DNA of 64,000 nucleotides from contig OZ024755.1 in NCBI GenBank assembly GCA_964016885.1, positions 31,124,001 to 31,188,000 on the forward strand, written 5' to 3'. This DNA is from Eledone cirrhosa. Taxonomy: Eukaryota. The notes under the pieces were generated by a model. The model was not told where the DNA came from. It saw nothing but the letters and a program-made list of their open reading frames with translations, and made no database searches. Positions 26,001 to 38,676 of this stretch are shown here, in pieces; the first letter of the stretch is position 1; each line of letters opens with the position of its first letter. A program made the translations under genes and the position numbers.

Positions 26001-28501
26001 AGGATTACTTCCCTTGTGTTGCTATGAACACCAATTAGTATTGCTTTTTTATTGCTATCATGAACAAAACAAATGTTTTTAAAATATATAGTTTCTTTAT
26101 TTTCCCCTCTTACCCACATTTTTTTTGGTTAAAATGACTGACAACCAATTAGGTCTTAGACTTTGTGAGTGCATTTTTAATTTTTTTTTTTTTTCCAGTG
26201 TTTCTTTTTCTATTTCAAACCTTTCAAGTTATCAGTAGTTGACTCCCCCTCCCCTTCTAGATGTTGTGTTTATATGTCCTCTCTCTCTTAAAGGAAAAAC
26301 AAAAAAGATCAATAAATTAAATCTGGCCTCACCAATCTGTAGTTTTATCTTCATTTTTTTTACCCTTAATGTTTGGGTGTAAAATGTATGTATTATATAT
26401 ATATATGTATATACTATATATATCATGTTGTGTCATATATGTTTATATATTATTATTATGTCATATATATATAATATATTTAGATGGTTAAGATCGTGCT
26501 AGCAGTTTAATCTTCAATGTAGGTTATGTATCCAGCAGTCATATTTTCTAGAACATTATCAACAAGATTCTCGAAAATTCTAAACAAATTTAGAAATATT
26601 TAAGATATGTTTACAATATATTCATACACTATTCTATTTTTACTGAAGTAATTTGTTTTATTCACTTGACCAAAGAGTTTACTAACTTACTGTCAATGTT
26701 ATATAGTAGTATATTATATAGTGGTATATTAGTGTATGTCACGTTAGGAAGAAAAAAGTTTCCTGGAATATGAAATACAATAGCTTTACTAAAGTTTTTA
26801 TTTATTTATTTATTTTTTTGGGTCAGACATGGCTTGTGAATTTAAAGTTCACTATATATTAAATTACACTCATATATGTATATATAATATATGTATGTGT
26901 GTGATATATATATATTGTGTGTGTGTTACATTATATATGTGTGATGCATATATATATATGGCATTATATATATATTGTATTATGTATGATATATATATAT
27001 ATACAAAACTTTAATTGCAGGTTTGTTTTATGTGAATTAAAAACCAAAATCTCTCTGGGTGTTGCATCTAATACTGCATAAAGCAGAAGAAATGTTTTTC
27101 TTTAAAAAAAAAAAAAAAAAGTTTTATTCATTCCTCCAGGCTTCTGTGACCAAATATGTGTGGTCTCCTTTGGTGAACTTTCTCTTGAACAACACTGATG
27201 CAAACCCGTGGAGTTTTTTTGTTTTTGATTTTGCACATCTTGTCTTTTCCAGCAGGCATCATCCACATAGTTAAGACTACAGTGGTTTATACTACACACT
27301 ATCTAGTATTGAGGCCTATTTGATTTGTTTCTTTTATTATTTTTCTGTTTCTGTTGTGCATGGTTAGAGTGTTTGACTTGTGATCATAAGATCAAGGGTC
27401 TGAATCCTGAACTAGATGTGTTCCTGAGCAAGATTCTCCATGGTAGGACTAGGGCCCCTATCATTAAAACATCTAAGGAACCTCATGAGATGCAACCTGG
27501 CTAAGCCTACATAGTGTGAGCTGTAATTTTCATTTTTCATGTTGAAACTGGTCTCAAAAATTTTTTTTTTTATTTTTTAAACTCTTAACATCCTATAGTA
27601 ATTTAGCAGAAAATCTTTAGAGGTTTGTTAATTCAAATGTTTATAGGATGTTTACTAGTGAACAGATTGAGAATATTTGCAGTACAAGACTTAATACATT
27701 CATAGTGAAATGTGGTACAAGATAGGAGATAATGTCATTTAAAGAAAGTATTTGTTTCAGATTTTAAAATCTGCTTTTAATCCCTACCTGAAAGTGTTGA
27801 AGTAGTTATTTATTCTAAAGTAGGCAAACCTGGTTTTGTAAATTATTTATTCTCAGGTAGGCAAATCATCATTCTCTCTACCCCCCCCCCCCCTCCTTTT
27901 TTTTTTGTTAATTATATTTAAAAAATCATCGGTTTACATTTCATTTCCAAAGAACATTGATCAAAGTTGCTATTTCACATTGATTCTTAACATCCTATAA
28001 TAAGTTAGCAGAAAATATCTAAAACATCACTCTTTACAATCTATTTTGCGTGATTTAGATGGGTTGTCATGTACAGAAGCTTGACTGGTCAGGTGACTAC
28101 GTCATGCTGGTATGCTCCCATTTTCTGCTTGGATTCTATGGCTTGATACCCTTCCTAATGCCAACCCAGGTTTGTTAATTCAAAAGTTTATAGTATCTTT
28201 GATAGTGGACAATGTGAAAATTTGCAGTGTACAGTAAAGACTAATATTTAATGTGATATAGTCAGTGTTTTGAACTTTTGAAGAATGTTTTACTACTGCA
28301 GTTTTGTGTGATACAGGATATTGAAAGTTACTGCTTTTAATTCTAAGAAACAATTCAATGCATCTTATAGGGTCATGAAAATTGTTGGTCTCCCCACCCG
28401 CTCCCTAATGTTTTTTAGGTTTTATCTTGTTTATTTTGGTTTCATTTCACAGGAGCTTTCATTTTAAAAAATCCAAGAATCCTTCCTATGAAATGTCTTT
28501 T

Positions 28502-28532
<31 letters not shown>

Positions 28533-28678
28533 AATTTTCACTCTACATGGCTGAATACAATAAATGTAATCGAATATTAATTATAACATTCGATTCGTTT
28601 GCAATTATGCTTGAGACTTGCTTGCATAATTGCAAACGAATCGAATGTTATTATTAATATTCAAAAAACTCAGATTAC

Positions 28679-28736
<58 letters not shown>

Positions 28737-28818
28737 TCCAAATGGGATTAAGTCTGAAACAGCATTTTATTTCCTTTTTGTGAAGTTAATTCATGAACAC
28801 CCGTATAGTTTGGTATAT

Positions 28819-28867
<49 letters not shown>

Positions 28868-29173
28868 CACACACAAACAATGTACACTATTCTATACTGG
28901 GTAGTCAAGTGCCTCTCATTTAAGAATCACTAAACTAGATAGACTATTAGTGTTTCATATGCTCTCAGTAAATTTCTCTTCATTCGTACTTCCTTCATAT
29001 TCTTTCATTGAATCATTGAACTGTTCAACAGGGTTATTTATTGTATGATTGATTATATTTGTTACTGATTGAGTGGTGAAAAGTGCATCAACTGCTAAAT
29101 GTCACCAGTATTTTGTCATGTCATCTGCATTTTACAGTTGACATCAAATATTACAATAAAAAAAAAAAAAAAA
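23087..29173 (+). other. Putative long terminal 3'-UTR exon of the ZNF385-like gene
   Basis: Strong acceptor (ttttcttttttctctttgcag, ending 23086) and a candidate donor ctg|gtaaca at 21614. No coding ORF, and TE-poor until about 27.3 kb. AATAAA at 29155-29160 is followed by an A-run. The 3' end is uncertain. Confidence 0.45.
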
Positions 29174-29249
29174 GAATCAGTTTTATAAAGAAACTGTGTG
29201 AGTATATATACAGAGGTGAACTGGTCACATGATCATTTGGTATGTATAT

Positions 29250-30695
29250 AAATCTCTTCTTCACTCATTATTCCTGAGAGGGTCGTAGGAGCAGAGTCCT
29301 CAAGTACTCCTTCCAACAGGTCCTGTCAGAAGCAATCGTCTCCAACTGATCCGGCTGGAACCCCAAGCATGACCAGCCAAGTTCGTGGATGTTATCCAAC
29401 CATCTTGCTCCGGGTCTCCTACCTGTTGGTTTTGCCCATAAAATCTGTCCAGTGATTCTTTCGTGAGACATTCTAACCACATACCTATAGTATCGGAGCT
29501 GTAATCTCTCAATTCGGAGAAATAGCGGCTCTACCTGGAGTGACTCTCCAAGCTACGCACTTTATCGAGTAACGTTACTCCAAAGATCCTTCGGAGGAAT
29601 CCCATTTTGGCCGCTTGTATTCGCAATCGTGTTCTTTCGGTCATTATCCAAGATTCATGACCATAGGTTTGTTCAATGAGTTCGCTGAACTTGGATGCAA
29701 TAGTACCTGCATACCTGGTCCTGACTTCCTTATCCACCAATGCTTCTCCTTATACCTTGTATAATTATGGATGAAGGTGTTCATAATAGAGAGTCCATTG
29801 CTAGAACAGAAGTCTAGTAAGGCCTCTCCATTTGTATTTAGATCGGGGTTGCCATTCCTTTCCGTGTCAGGTGGTCAGTCCCAACATTTGTATTGAAGTC
29901 TCCCATCAGGATATATGACTCAGTCTTAACTACATCTAATGCTACAGTGACTTCAAGGAAGGACCTGTATTTTTCTCCTTGTGTGGAGCACAGAGACCTA
30001 TCTTTTAGTCTAAGCTTCAAGAGGCAAGTCCTCCCTTCTAACGGGATCCAGTTCTTAGCACATTCTAACAGCCAGGGAGGGGCTTGTGAGTATCCCCACC
30101 CTCACTTGTGCAGTCATTTCTGCATCACACCCAAATCTACAGTATCAGAGCCACGGAACTTTGTTGAGGAAACCCCGACTATATTTAGCTGGTAGCATCT
30201 AGCCTCCTCAGCTGTAAGGGTTGTGATGTTCCAGGTTTCAACTGTTATTGTTTGCTCTCTTTGGGGTCTTGGGATATGCAACCTGCTAGAACTGGTCGCA
30301 GGCCCATCGCCAGTTTTTATGACATGACATGAAATGGAGACTGCAATATATTTTTCAAACAGGCCTGAACAAGTCCCTTGTTAACCTGCATGAAGGACGG
30401 TGTGGTACGGTTCTTTGTTTTCCTCACTATATTGCAGTTTCAATTTCAGTGGTCTTATTCATGCAAGTCACCAATCTGGTACTTAGTCAAACCTGTGAAG
30501 ACTAGGCTTATTTAGAAGCGGCTTTTACTACGTCACTGGATTGTGAGAGTTTTCTTGAGCTACTGGTGTCACCGATTGCTCCATCACCCCAGTAGTTTAC
30601 TGATGTTGGTCAGGGGTTGCTTATTCGTCTGGCAGTTGCCTGCTTATATCGCAACTAGCCATCGTATCAGGTAGCTGATCCCTATCTGCCAAGAA
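29250..30695 (-). mobile_element. Internally deleted, decayed RTE-clade LINE of a second family
   Basis: Minus-strand remnants: WNITTL (EN start, about 30230), ILMGDFNTNVG (APE), TYGHESW...RIQAAKMGFLRRIFGVTLLDKVR and ILWAKPTGRRPGARWLD (RTE C-terminus). Confidence 0.75.
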
Positions 30696-30748
<53 letters not shown>

Positions 30749-31064
30749 GGTGAGCTGGTTACATGATCATATGGTGTGTGTGTGTATATACGCACAGACA
30801 GGTGACCTGGCCAGTCATTTGGGTTGTGTATATATGGAGGTGGCTGGCTGAAACACACCACACTAAGTATTGAGTACTACAATATCATACACCACGCACT
30901 GACAGCTGTGTTATATGTATAATATCAAAAATGAAGGCTCATGGCTTATTGGATTGTGTTGAATTCACAATCATAGGGTGATGGGTTTGATTCTCAGACA
31001 CAGCAGCACGTATTGACCTTCAGGAAGACTTCATATTGCTCTACACTCATGGAATAGATGAGTT

Positions 31065-32080
31065 GCGATGACACTGCTGTCATACTGTGTTGGACTTTGT
31101 CTTTCACTTGTACAGCATCATAATGTATACATACTGTGTATATACTAGTTGTGGTGACACTGTTGTCATACTGTATACAATGTGTATATACTAGTTGTGG
31201 TGACACTGCTGTCATAGTGTATACATACTGTGTATATACTAGTTGTGGTGACTTGTCATAGTAGTGTATACATACTGTGTATATTAGTTGTGACACTGCT
31301 GTCACAGTGTATACATACTGTGTATATACTAGTTGTGGTGACACTGCTGTCATAGTGTATATATACTAGTTGTGGTGACACTGCTGTCATAGTGTATATA
31401 TACTGGTTGTGGTGACACTGCTATCATAGTGTATACATACTGTGTATATGTACTGTATATATACTAGTTGTGGTGACAGTGCTATCATAGTGTATACATA
31501 CTGTGCATATACTAGTTGTGGTGACACTTGTCATAGTGTATACATACTGTATATATACTAGTTGTGGTGACACCTGTCATAGTGTATACATACTGTATAT
31601 ATACTAGTTGTGGTGACACCTGTCATAGTGTATACATACTGTGTATATACTAGTTGTGACACTGCTGTCATAGTGTATACATACTGTATATATACTAGTT
31701 GTGACACTGCTATCATAGTGTATACATACTGTGTATATACTAGTTGTGACACTGCTGTCACAGTGTATATATATACTGTATATATATTAGTTATGGTGAC
31801 ACTGCTATCATAGTGTATACATACTGTATATACTAGTTGTAGTGACACTGCTGTCATAGTGTATACATACTGTATATACTAGTTGTGGTGACACTGCTGT
31901 CACAGTGTATATATACTAGTTGTGGTGACACTGCTGTCATAATGTATACATACTGTGTATATACTAGTTGTGACACTGTTGTCACAGTGTATACATACTG
32001 TGTATATACTAGTTGTGGTGACACTTGTCATAGTGTATACATACTGTGTATATACTAGTTGTGGTGACACTGCTGTCAAA
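31065..32080. repeat. About 45-48-bp minisatellite with internal palindromes
   Basis: Unit gtatatactagttgtggtgacactgctgtcatagtgtatacatactgt. Confidence 0.93.
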
Positions 32081-32129
32081 CTATCAGCCTTTCACCTGGG
32101 CAACATCATATATAGAGTGTGCAGTGTGT

Positions 32130-32265
32130 GTGTATGTAAAAGGTAAACAGAAATAACACAAATTATACAGTATATGGAAGAGAAGTATAGTTTAACGCTT
32201 GGAATAGCAGGAAGAGGGTCTTAACATGTCGGGTGCTAGCCTTCATTAGAAAAAAGAATGAGAAA
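32130..32265 (-). repeat. Dispersed repeat (also at 32927-33050 and 38677-38810) resembling a Penelope-like terminal repeat with a degenerate hammerhead motif
   Basis: Three direct copies of tgtatgtaaaaggtaaacagaaataac...gcttgaaatagcaggaagag...aacgtttt...tagtccttcatc. Confidence 0.6.
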
Positions 32266-32438
32266 TTGAGAAGTTTAGTGGAGGAAAAGTAATAGTGAGT
32301 CATGGTGTATTCAAATAATGCAAGAAAGAAAGAAAATATCAGTGACACGAAAAGATTTCTTGGTGGAAGTTCAGGTAAACTCCAGGTGTAAATCCAGTTT
32401 CAGAGTGAAAATCCAACGAATTTGAGAGGTCCACGTAA

Positions 32439-32496
<58 letters not shown>

Positions 32497-32596
32497 TATA
32501 TATAAATGGAATAGAATGAAACATAATTTCATTTCTCACTCTTAGTACAGCACTTAATTAAATGTAAGTATGTATGTATGTATACGTACGTACATA

Positions 32597-32920
32597 CATA
32601 TATGTATACAGACGTACAGTAATATGTATATATATACATACATGCACACATATATATATATATGCATGTATCGGTTTACCGAACATTTATTATAATGCTC
32701 GGTGTGTTTGTTTGTAAACAAACAAACAGCCTGAATTACGCCGTACAGTGTTTAGGTGACCCGGTTGCCTAAACACTATACGGCGTAATTCGGGCTGTTT
32801 GTTTACAAACAAACAAACCGAGCATTATAATAAATGTTCGGTAAACTGATACATGCATATATATATATGTGTGCATGTATGTATATATATACATACTACT
32901 GTACGTCTGTATACATATAT
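32597..32920. repeat. Long near-perfect inverted repeat (foldback), arms about 160 bp
   Basis: gacgtacagta...ggtttaccgaacatttattataatgctcgg...gaattacgccgtacagtgtttagg is mirrored across the centre at about 32762. Confidence 0.92.
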
Positions 32921-34949
32921 ATAAAATGTATGTAAGAAGTAAACAGAAATAACAACACAAATGGTACAGTATATGGAAGGAATATATTTAAAGCTTGAAA
33001 TAGCAGGAAGAGGGTTTTAACGTTTTGGACACTAGTCCTTCATCTGAAGAAATATATATGAGTTGCGTTGAGACTAGTGGAAAAATATCAGCCTTTCACT
33101 TGGATATCATATACTAATATATATAATGTATACACAATGAATATATATAGTGTATATATAAGTTGGGACAACACTGTGGAGAGGGAAGACTGGGATATAT
33201 ATATATATATATATATATGGGAGACTGCTGGTCTTCCACAAAACACTCTACCTTGTGCCTGAGAGTCAGTTAGTGATGGCTACACAACTTATGGTCAGTT
33301 AAGATTGAAAGGATCTTTCCTATTCCTTAAAATCAACTCCTTCAATCTAACAAGTATAATAAAATGTGTTGAACCCTCGTTGAGTTCTGAAGATAAGTCT
33401 ACCTGCTTGACTGATGGAACAACCGACTAAAAAGTACTTCTCAGGGAGATTCAGTGTGACATTCTACGATAAGGATGGCTCTTTGAAATGAAAGTGTAAC
33501 TCATTTTATCCAACTAAGTGGACTGGATCAATTTGAAAAGAGTCTAACTCAAGGATACAATGTACCAGCAGGAGTTGAACTGAATGTTATGGTCATGAGC
33601 TGAAAGCACTGACCACTAAGCCATATGTCTGCACAGCTGCTATGTTAAACAATTATGACTGTTGTTGCCTTCAGGACTGTTTAAAAGAAATAAGTATGGA
33701 TACAATCCAACTATGATGGCCTTGCTAATATCTCACTAGCGGTATCACTCTAAATTCTTAATATTTAGAGATTTGTTTAGATTCACATCGTAAGTTTAAC
33801 CCTTTGTTGCATTTTCTAATGAAATACACTGTGTTTCAATTAATTTTTAAAATAATCACACATTTGGAAGAATTTATTATACTCTATATTAAAACCTTGA
33901 TAATTTTATCTAAATATGAACATTTTTTGTATCATAAAATCAGTGTGGTTTAGTATCAAAAGTGTTAAACTGTTCTGAGATCAACTTTGACTTTCTTCCT
34001 TTAGAGGACAATTAATAAAATAGCAGCCCATTGGTGAAATTATTAAAGGGTTGGATGAGATGCTTTGTAAGTATTTAATCCAGCTCTGTGTATTCTGAGT
34101 TCAAATCCCACTTCTATCAGGAGTTGTAACTGGCAAATAGTATCAGCAAGGGAAACATTTGGCTTGTTTCCTTTTTTTTTTTTTTTTTAATTCCCAGGAA
34201 TGCCAACATTTTGTTCTTCTTTGTCTAATTAGAAGGGTGGTATGAGTAAGTTTGATAATGCTCTCTAATTAGAGGAAGAAAGGGAGGGGAAGGTTTGGTA
34301 ATGCTCTCTAATTAGAGGAAGAAAGGGAGGGGGAGGTTTGGTAATGCTGTCTCATTAGGGGAAGAAAGGGTGTTTTGAGACATATCACTTTGGTTATATT
34401 GTCAAATTTGTGTTGCTTAGTTCCAATAGACATTGTTACAGTCAGCAATATCTGACATTTATAGAAGTAACATAATTTCTAGTTCATTATTTCTATTAAT
34501 TTATAACTCATTGTTTTTTCCAATGGAATAAGTAATTCACCAAATTATAACCAAGCTATGTATTATATATATGTGTGTATCATCCAGTCACTCCTGTAAG
34601 CTGGTAGTGCTGGTGCAATGAAAAATACACCCAGTCCATGCTGTAAAGTGGTTGACATAAGGAAAGGCATCCAGTTGTAGAAAACAACGTATGAGCAAGA
34701 CATAGTCACCTGATCAGTTGAGCGTCATAACGTGACAGCCCATCTAACCCATGCTAGACATTAAACTGATATGTGCATGTATATGGCTGGCAGTTGATTT
34801 GGATATTCTGAGTCTCTACATCTTGAGTTCAAATCCCACCAAGGTCCACTTTGCCCGTCATCCTTTCATGGTTGATAAAAAAGTAGCAGCCTTTTCTCCC
34901 TCCCGAATATTTGGAGAAACAAGAAGGCATTTGTTCATGACTACATTGA

Positions 34950-35420
34950 CACCTAAAACCTTCAGTGAATGCATGGTACATATTACTCAATTACAAGGAG
35001 TAAATGTTTTATTAATATATATAAATATTGCTAGAATAAGAACAGGCAGAGAAACGTTTAGGGAGCTACTTCTGTTGACAATAAAGTAGTAAAAAGTAGA
35101 TTGTATAATGCCTGCATGAGAAATTGTGAAGTTGTGGTGAGACATGGACAATAAATATAGAGGATATATGGAGACGAGAGACATGAAGCAAGTATGGAGG
35201 GTATATAATGTTAGAGTGGATGAACTGAGAATATAACTGGAATTAGAAGTAGTGTGCTGTCATGCATATGGATGACTAACACTGGGTGAAAAAGTGATAG
35301 GCAGTAGAGGAAGACCAAGAAAAATCTGGGCAGAAGTTGTTAGAACTTACTGGTGATGATGAAGGAACTCTGAGTGGAGGGTGGCTCCACTGAAAAGGAC
35401 CAGTCCAAACATGGAAAATG
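34950..35420 (+). mobile_element. Strongly decayed RTE C-terminal fragment
   Basis: IARIRTGRETFRELLL plus remnants of GRPRK(T)W. Confidence 0.55.
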
Positions 35421-35659
35421 GTGATATATAGATAGACAACACTGTTGACGGAATATCTTAGAGCATTTGTTCCTCTCTCATTTCTTTTACATTTATATTC
35501 CATGAATTCTAAATGAAAAATCTGTGCATGTTTTTGGCAGATTGTAGCATTTGTGATGGTCAGAAATATACAGTTATTGTAGTATCAAGTCTGTTGGTGG
35601 TGTTTTCAGTTAAGTACCAGTAATATAATATTTTTTTAATTTAAGCACAAGGTCATTTA

Positions 35660-37016
35660 GCATACAGGTTGGTGTCCATCAGGGCTCTGTTCTTAGCCCT
35701 CTCCTGTCCATCATAGTCCTGCAGGCAATAACGGAGGAGTTTAAGACCGGATGCCCATGGGAACTCCTGTATGCAGATGACCTCACACTTATAGCTGAAT
35801 CTATGGTAGAACTAGAGAAGAAATTCCAAACTTGGAAGCAGGGACTAGAAAGAAAGGGTTTCAAAGTCAACATGACAAAGACTAAGGTCCTTGTAAGTAG
35901 ACGAGAAAACAGAACCCAGATCCCCTCAGGGAAATGGCCTTGCTCAGTATGTAGGAAAGGTGTAGGTAGGAACTCCATTCTCTGCCCCAAATGCAAACAA
36001 TGGGTACACAAGAGATGTAGCGGGATCTCAGGAAGCTGAATTAAGAATGTAGGCTTCACATGTAGCAGCTGTGCTGGGACAGCAAGCAGGAAACAAGTAC
36101 CACCAATCTCTGGGAGTGCTCTGTAGAAACAGTAGACAGCTTCTGCTACCTAGGTGACCAAATTAGCAGTGGAGGTGGGTGTTCAGAAAGTACAATAACT
36201 AGGGTAAGAACGGGATGGAAGAAGTTCAGGGAACTACTGCTAGCTGCAAAGGGCTTCTCCCTCAAAATGAAAGGCAGACTGTATGATGCGTGTATCCGAA
36301 CAGCAATGTTACATGGTAGTGAGACCTGGGCGCTGAAGGTGGAAGACTTATGTAGATTAGAAAGAAACGAAGCCTGCATGCTCTGATGGATGTGTAATAG
36401 TAATATACGCGAACGGCAAAGCATAAATGAATTGAGAGAGAGACAGCATCAGACGAATCAAATGCTGTGTGCAGGAGAGGCGGATGCGTTGGTATGGACA
36501 TGTGATGCGTATGAAGGATGACAGCTGCATAAAAAGGTGCAGAGCACTAGAAGTCAATGGAAGCCGCAGAGTGGGGAGACCCAAGAAGACCTGGGATGAG
36601 GTGATAGGGGCCGACCTTACCCAGTTGCACCTCTCAAAGGCGATGGATGACACGACCGTAACCTCTGGCGTCACGCAGTAATACAGAGTACCCGACCTCC
36701 CATGGGTACAAGCTGAAGCATATAGACAATATGCCCCCACACCCTGCCACTGCAAAGTGGTCGTGGAGGTGCCACGGCAAAAAAAGCACCCAGCCCACAC
36801 TGTAAAGTGGACGTGTAGGCGCCACGGAAAAAAGCACCCAGCACTCACTGTAAATGAGGTTGGTGTTAGGAAGGGCATCCAGCTGTAGAAATCAAGCCAA
36901 AATCAGTTCCTGTATGAGCAAGGCATGGTCAGCCGATGAGACACTGCCCACAACAGGACAACCCGTCTAACCCATGCTAGCATGGAAGAGCGGACGTAAA
37001 ACGGTGATGATGATGA
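35660..37016 (+). mobile_element. 5'-truncated RTE LINE (RT C-terminal half, PHD finger, 3' UTR, (TGA)n tail), pseudogenized
   Basis: VGVHQGSVLSPLL, CPWELLYADDL, WPCSVCRKGVGRNSILCPKCKQWVHKRC and RMRWYGHVMR, interrupted by stops and frameshifts. Confidence 0.92.
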
Positions 37017-37711
37017 AGGTCAGTAATTTGGCAGAAAGGTATAATTAATTTTATTGACCCTAATAATTAACAGCTACTTATTGACTCTGAAATTCTGAAA
37101 AACTGGCCACGTTGGAATTAGAACTCTGTAAAGAACTGGAGTTTCTAATTTAGGCAAAGTTGATTAGATTGACCCCAGTACTATATTTTTTAAAAGTCGG
37201 GTATTATTTTATCAATCCCTTTTTGTCAAACCATTAAATTACAGGACAAAAACAAACATAAACACACACGCACACACATAAATAAAGGAAGTATGCTTGG
37301 AATATAGCAGGTGAAGTATAGAAATAGAAGCTTCACATAACATTCACTAAATAATGTCTAATAATGGGGTGTATTAACCCACTGAATGAAGAGAGCAAAC
37401 TGTCAAAGTTTCGTCTGCTCTGATAGGTTTGTTGTGGAGACTTTCAGTGCTGGCTCCTGGACCACATCCCCACTCACTGCTATTGGAGTGGAGTGGCTGT
37501 TTCAGTGTGTCTTCGCCATCCTGTCTATCAGGACCACGAGGCAGACTAATTCTTAAACAAAAAGTAGTAAATATAGATCTCTCACAGACTAACCAAGAAG
37601 TAATAATCATTCTTCATTAAGACTATTTGTTGTATTTAGTGCAGAAACCAGAATTACAGGTCAGTGTGGTCTTCAAATTACATACACCTAAAATGATGAT
37701 GATATATATAT

Positions 37712-37960
37712 ATACCCTTGCAAGCAAGGAAAAGCGGATCTAAAATGATATATATATATATATATATACCCTTGCAAGCAAGGAAAAGCGGATCTAAAAT
37801 TATATATATATATATATATATACCCTTGCAAGCAAGGAAAAGCGGATCTAAAATTATATATATATATACCCTTGCAAGCAAGGAAAAGCGGATCTAAAAT
37901 GAGATATATATATATATATACCCTTGCAAGCAAGGAAAAGCGGATGTAAAATGATGATAC
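37712..37960 (+). repeat. Five tandem copies of the about 35-nt RTE/SINE 3' terminus, separated by (TA)n
   Basis: acccttgcaagcaaggaaaagcggatctaaaat occurs five times and matches the ends at 51845-51877 and 57418-57452. Confidence 0.88.
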
Positions 37961-38394
37961 ATATATATCAATTTGAAAAAGTGTCCTGCATCGTGCAGCA
38001 CATTGGTTTGTAGCAAATTTTATTTGTAAATAGTTGAAAGACCAATTGTCGTGTGTCTGTTACTGTCTCATATACACTGGAACCAGTTGTGTCGATCTGA
38101 AGGCACAGAGACATGTCTCCAGTGGTCGACTGATGAGAGGGGACTGTCCTGTGCTCCGTCTGTTTTTCCATTGTCTTTGCGTACCTATTTCATTATTTAA
38201 TATAAATATATAATCACTTTGGATATGACCTTTTTTAAAACTTTACACTATAGGACCAAGATCTCTGGCATTACACAATAATTGTTTCTACTTTAGGCAC
38301 AAGGCCAGCAAATACCCAGTGCATTACTGGCTTTCCACTGGTCAAAGCTGAAGCATATATATATAGTATACCCTACCCTACTATACATCCAGTG

Positions 38395-38670
38395 AAATCC
38401 CCTGCCCACAGTGTAAAGTGGTCATAATGGTGACACGGTAAAAAGCGCCCAGTCCACACTGTAAAGCGGTCATGTCGGTGTCACGACAAAAAGCACCCAG
38501 TACTCACTGTAAATGTGGTTGGTGTTAGGAAAGGCTTTCAGCTGTAGAAACCAAGCCAAAATCAGTTCTGTATGAGCAAGACATGGTCACCTGACCTAGC
38601 ATTGCCAACAACAGGACAACTTGTCTAACCCATGCTAGTGTGGAAAAATGGAAGTAAAACGGTGATGATA
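38395..38670 (+). mobile_element. RTE 3'-UTR-derived fragment (similar copies at about 34600-34760 and 50590-50825)
   Basis: aaaagcacccagtactcactgtaaatgtggttggtgttaggaa...aacccatgctag...aaacggtgatgat. Confidence 0.75.
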
Positions 38671-38676
38671 TATCAT

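Noticed and set aside
30600-30695. HDV-like ribozyme at the 5' end of the decayed RTE (minus-strand hairpin tggc.agttgc/gcaactgcca followed by gacgaa)
   Set aside because: I could not assemble the nested double pseudoknot (P1, P1.1, P3) in the correct order. A covariance search would be needed.
37712-37960. CRISPR-like repeat-spacer appearance
   Set aside because: The spacers are only (TA)n, the repeat is a retroposon 3' end, there are no cas genes and the context is eukaryotic.
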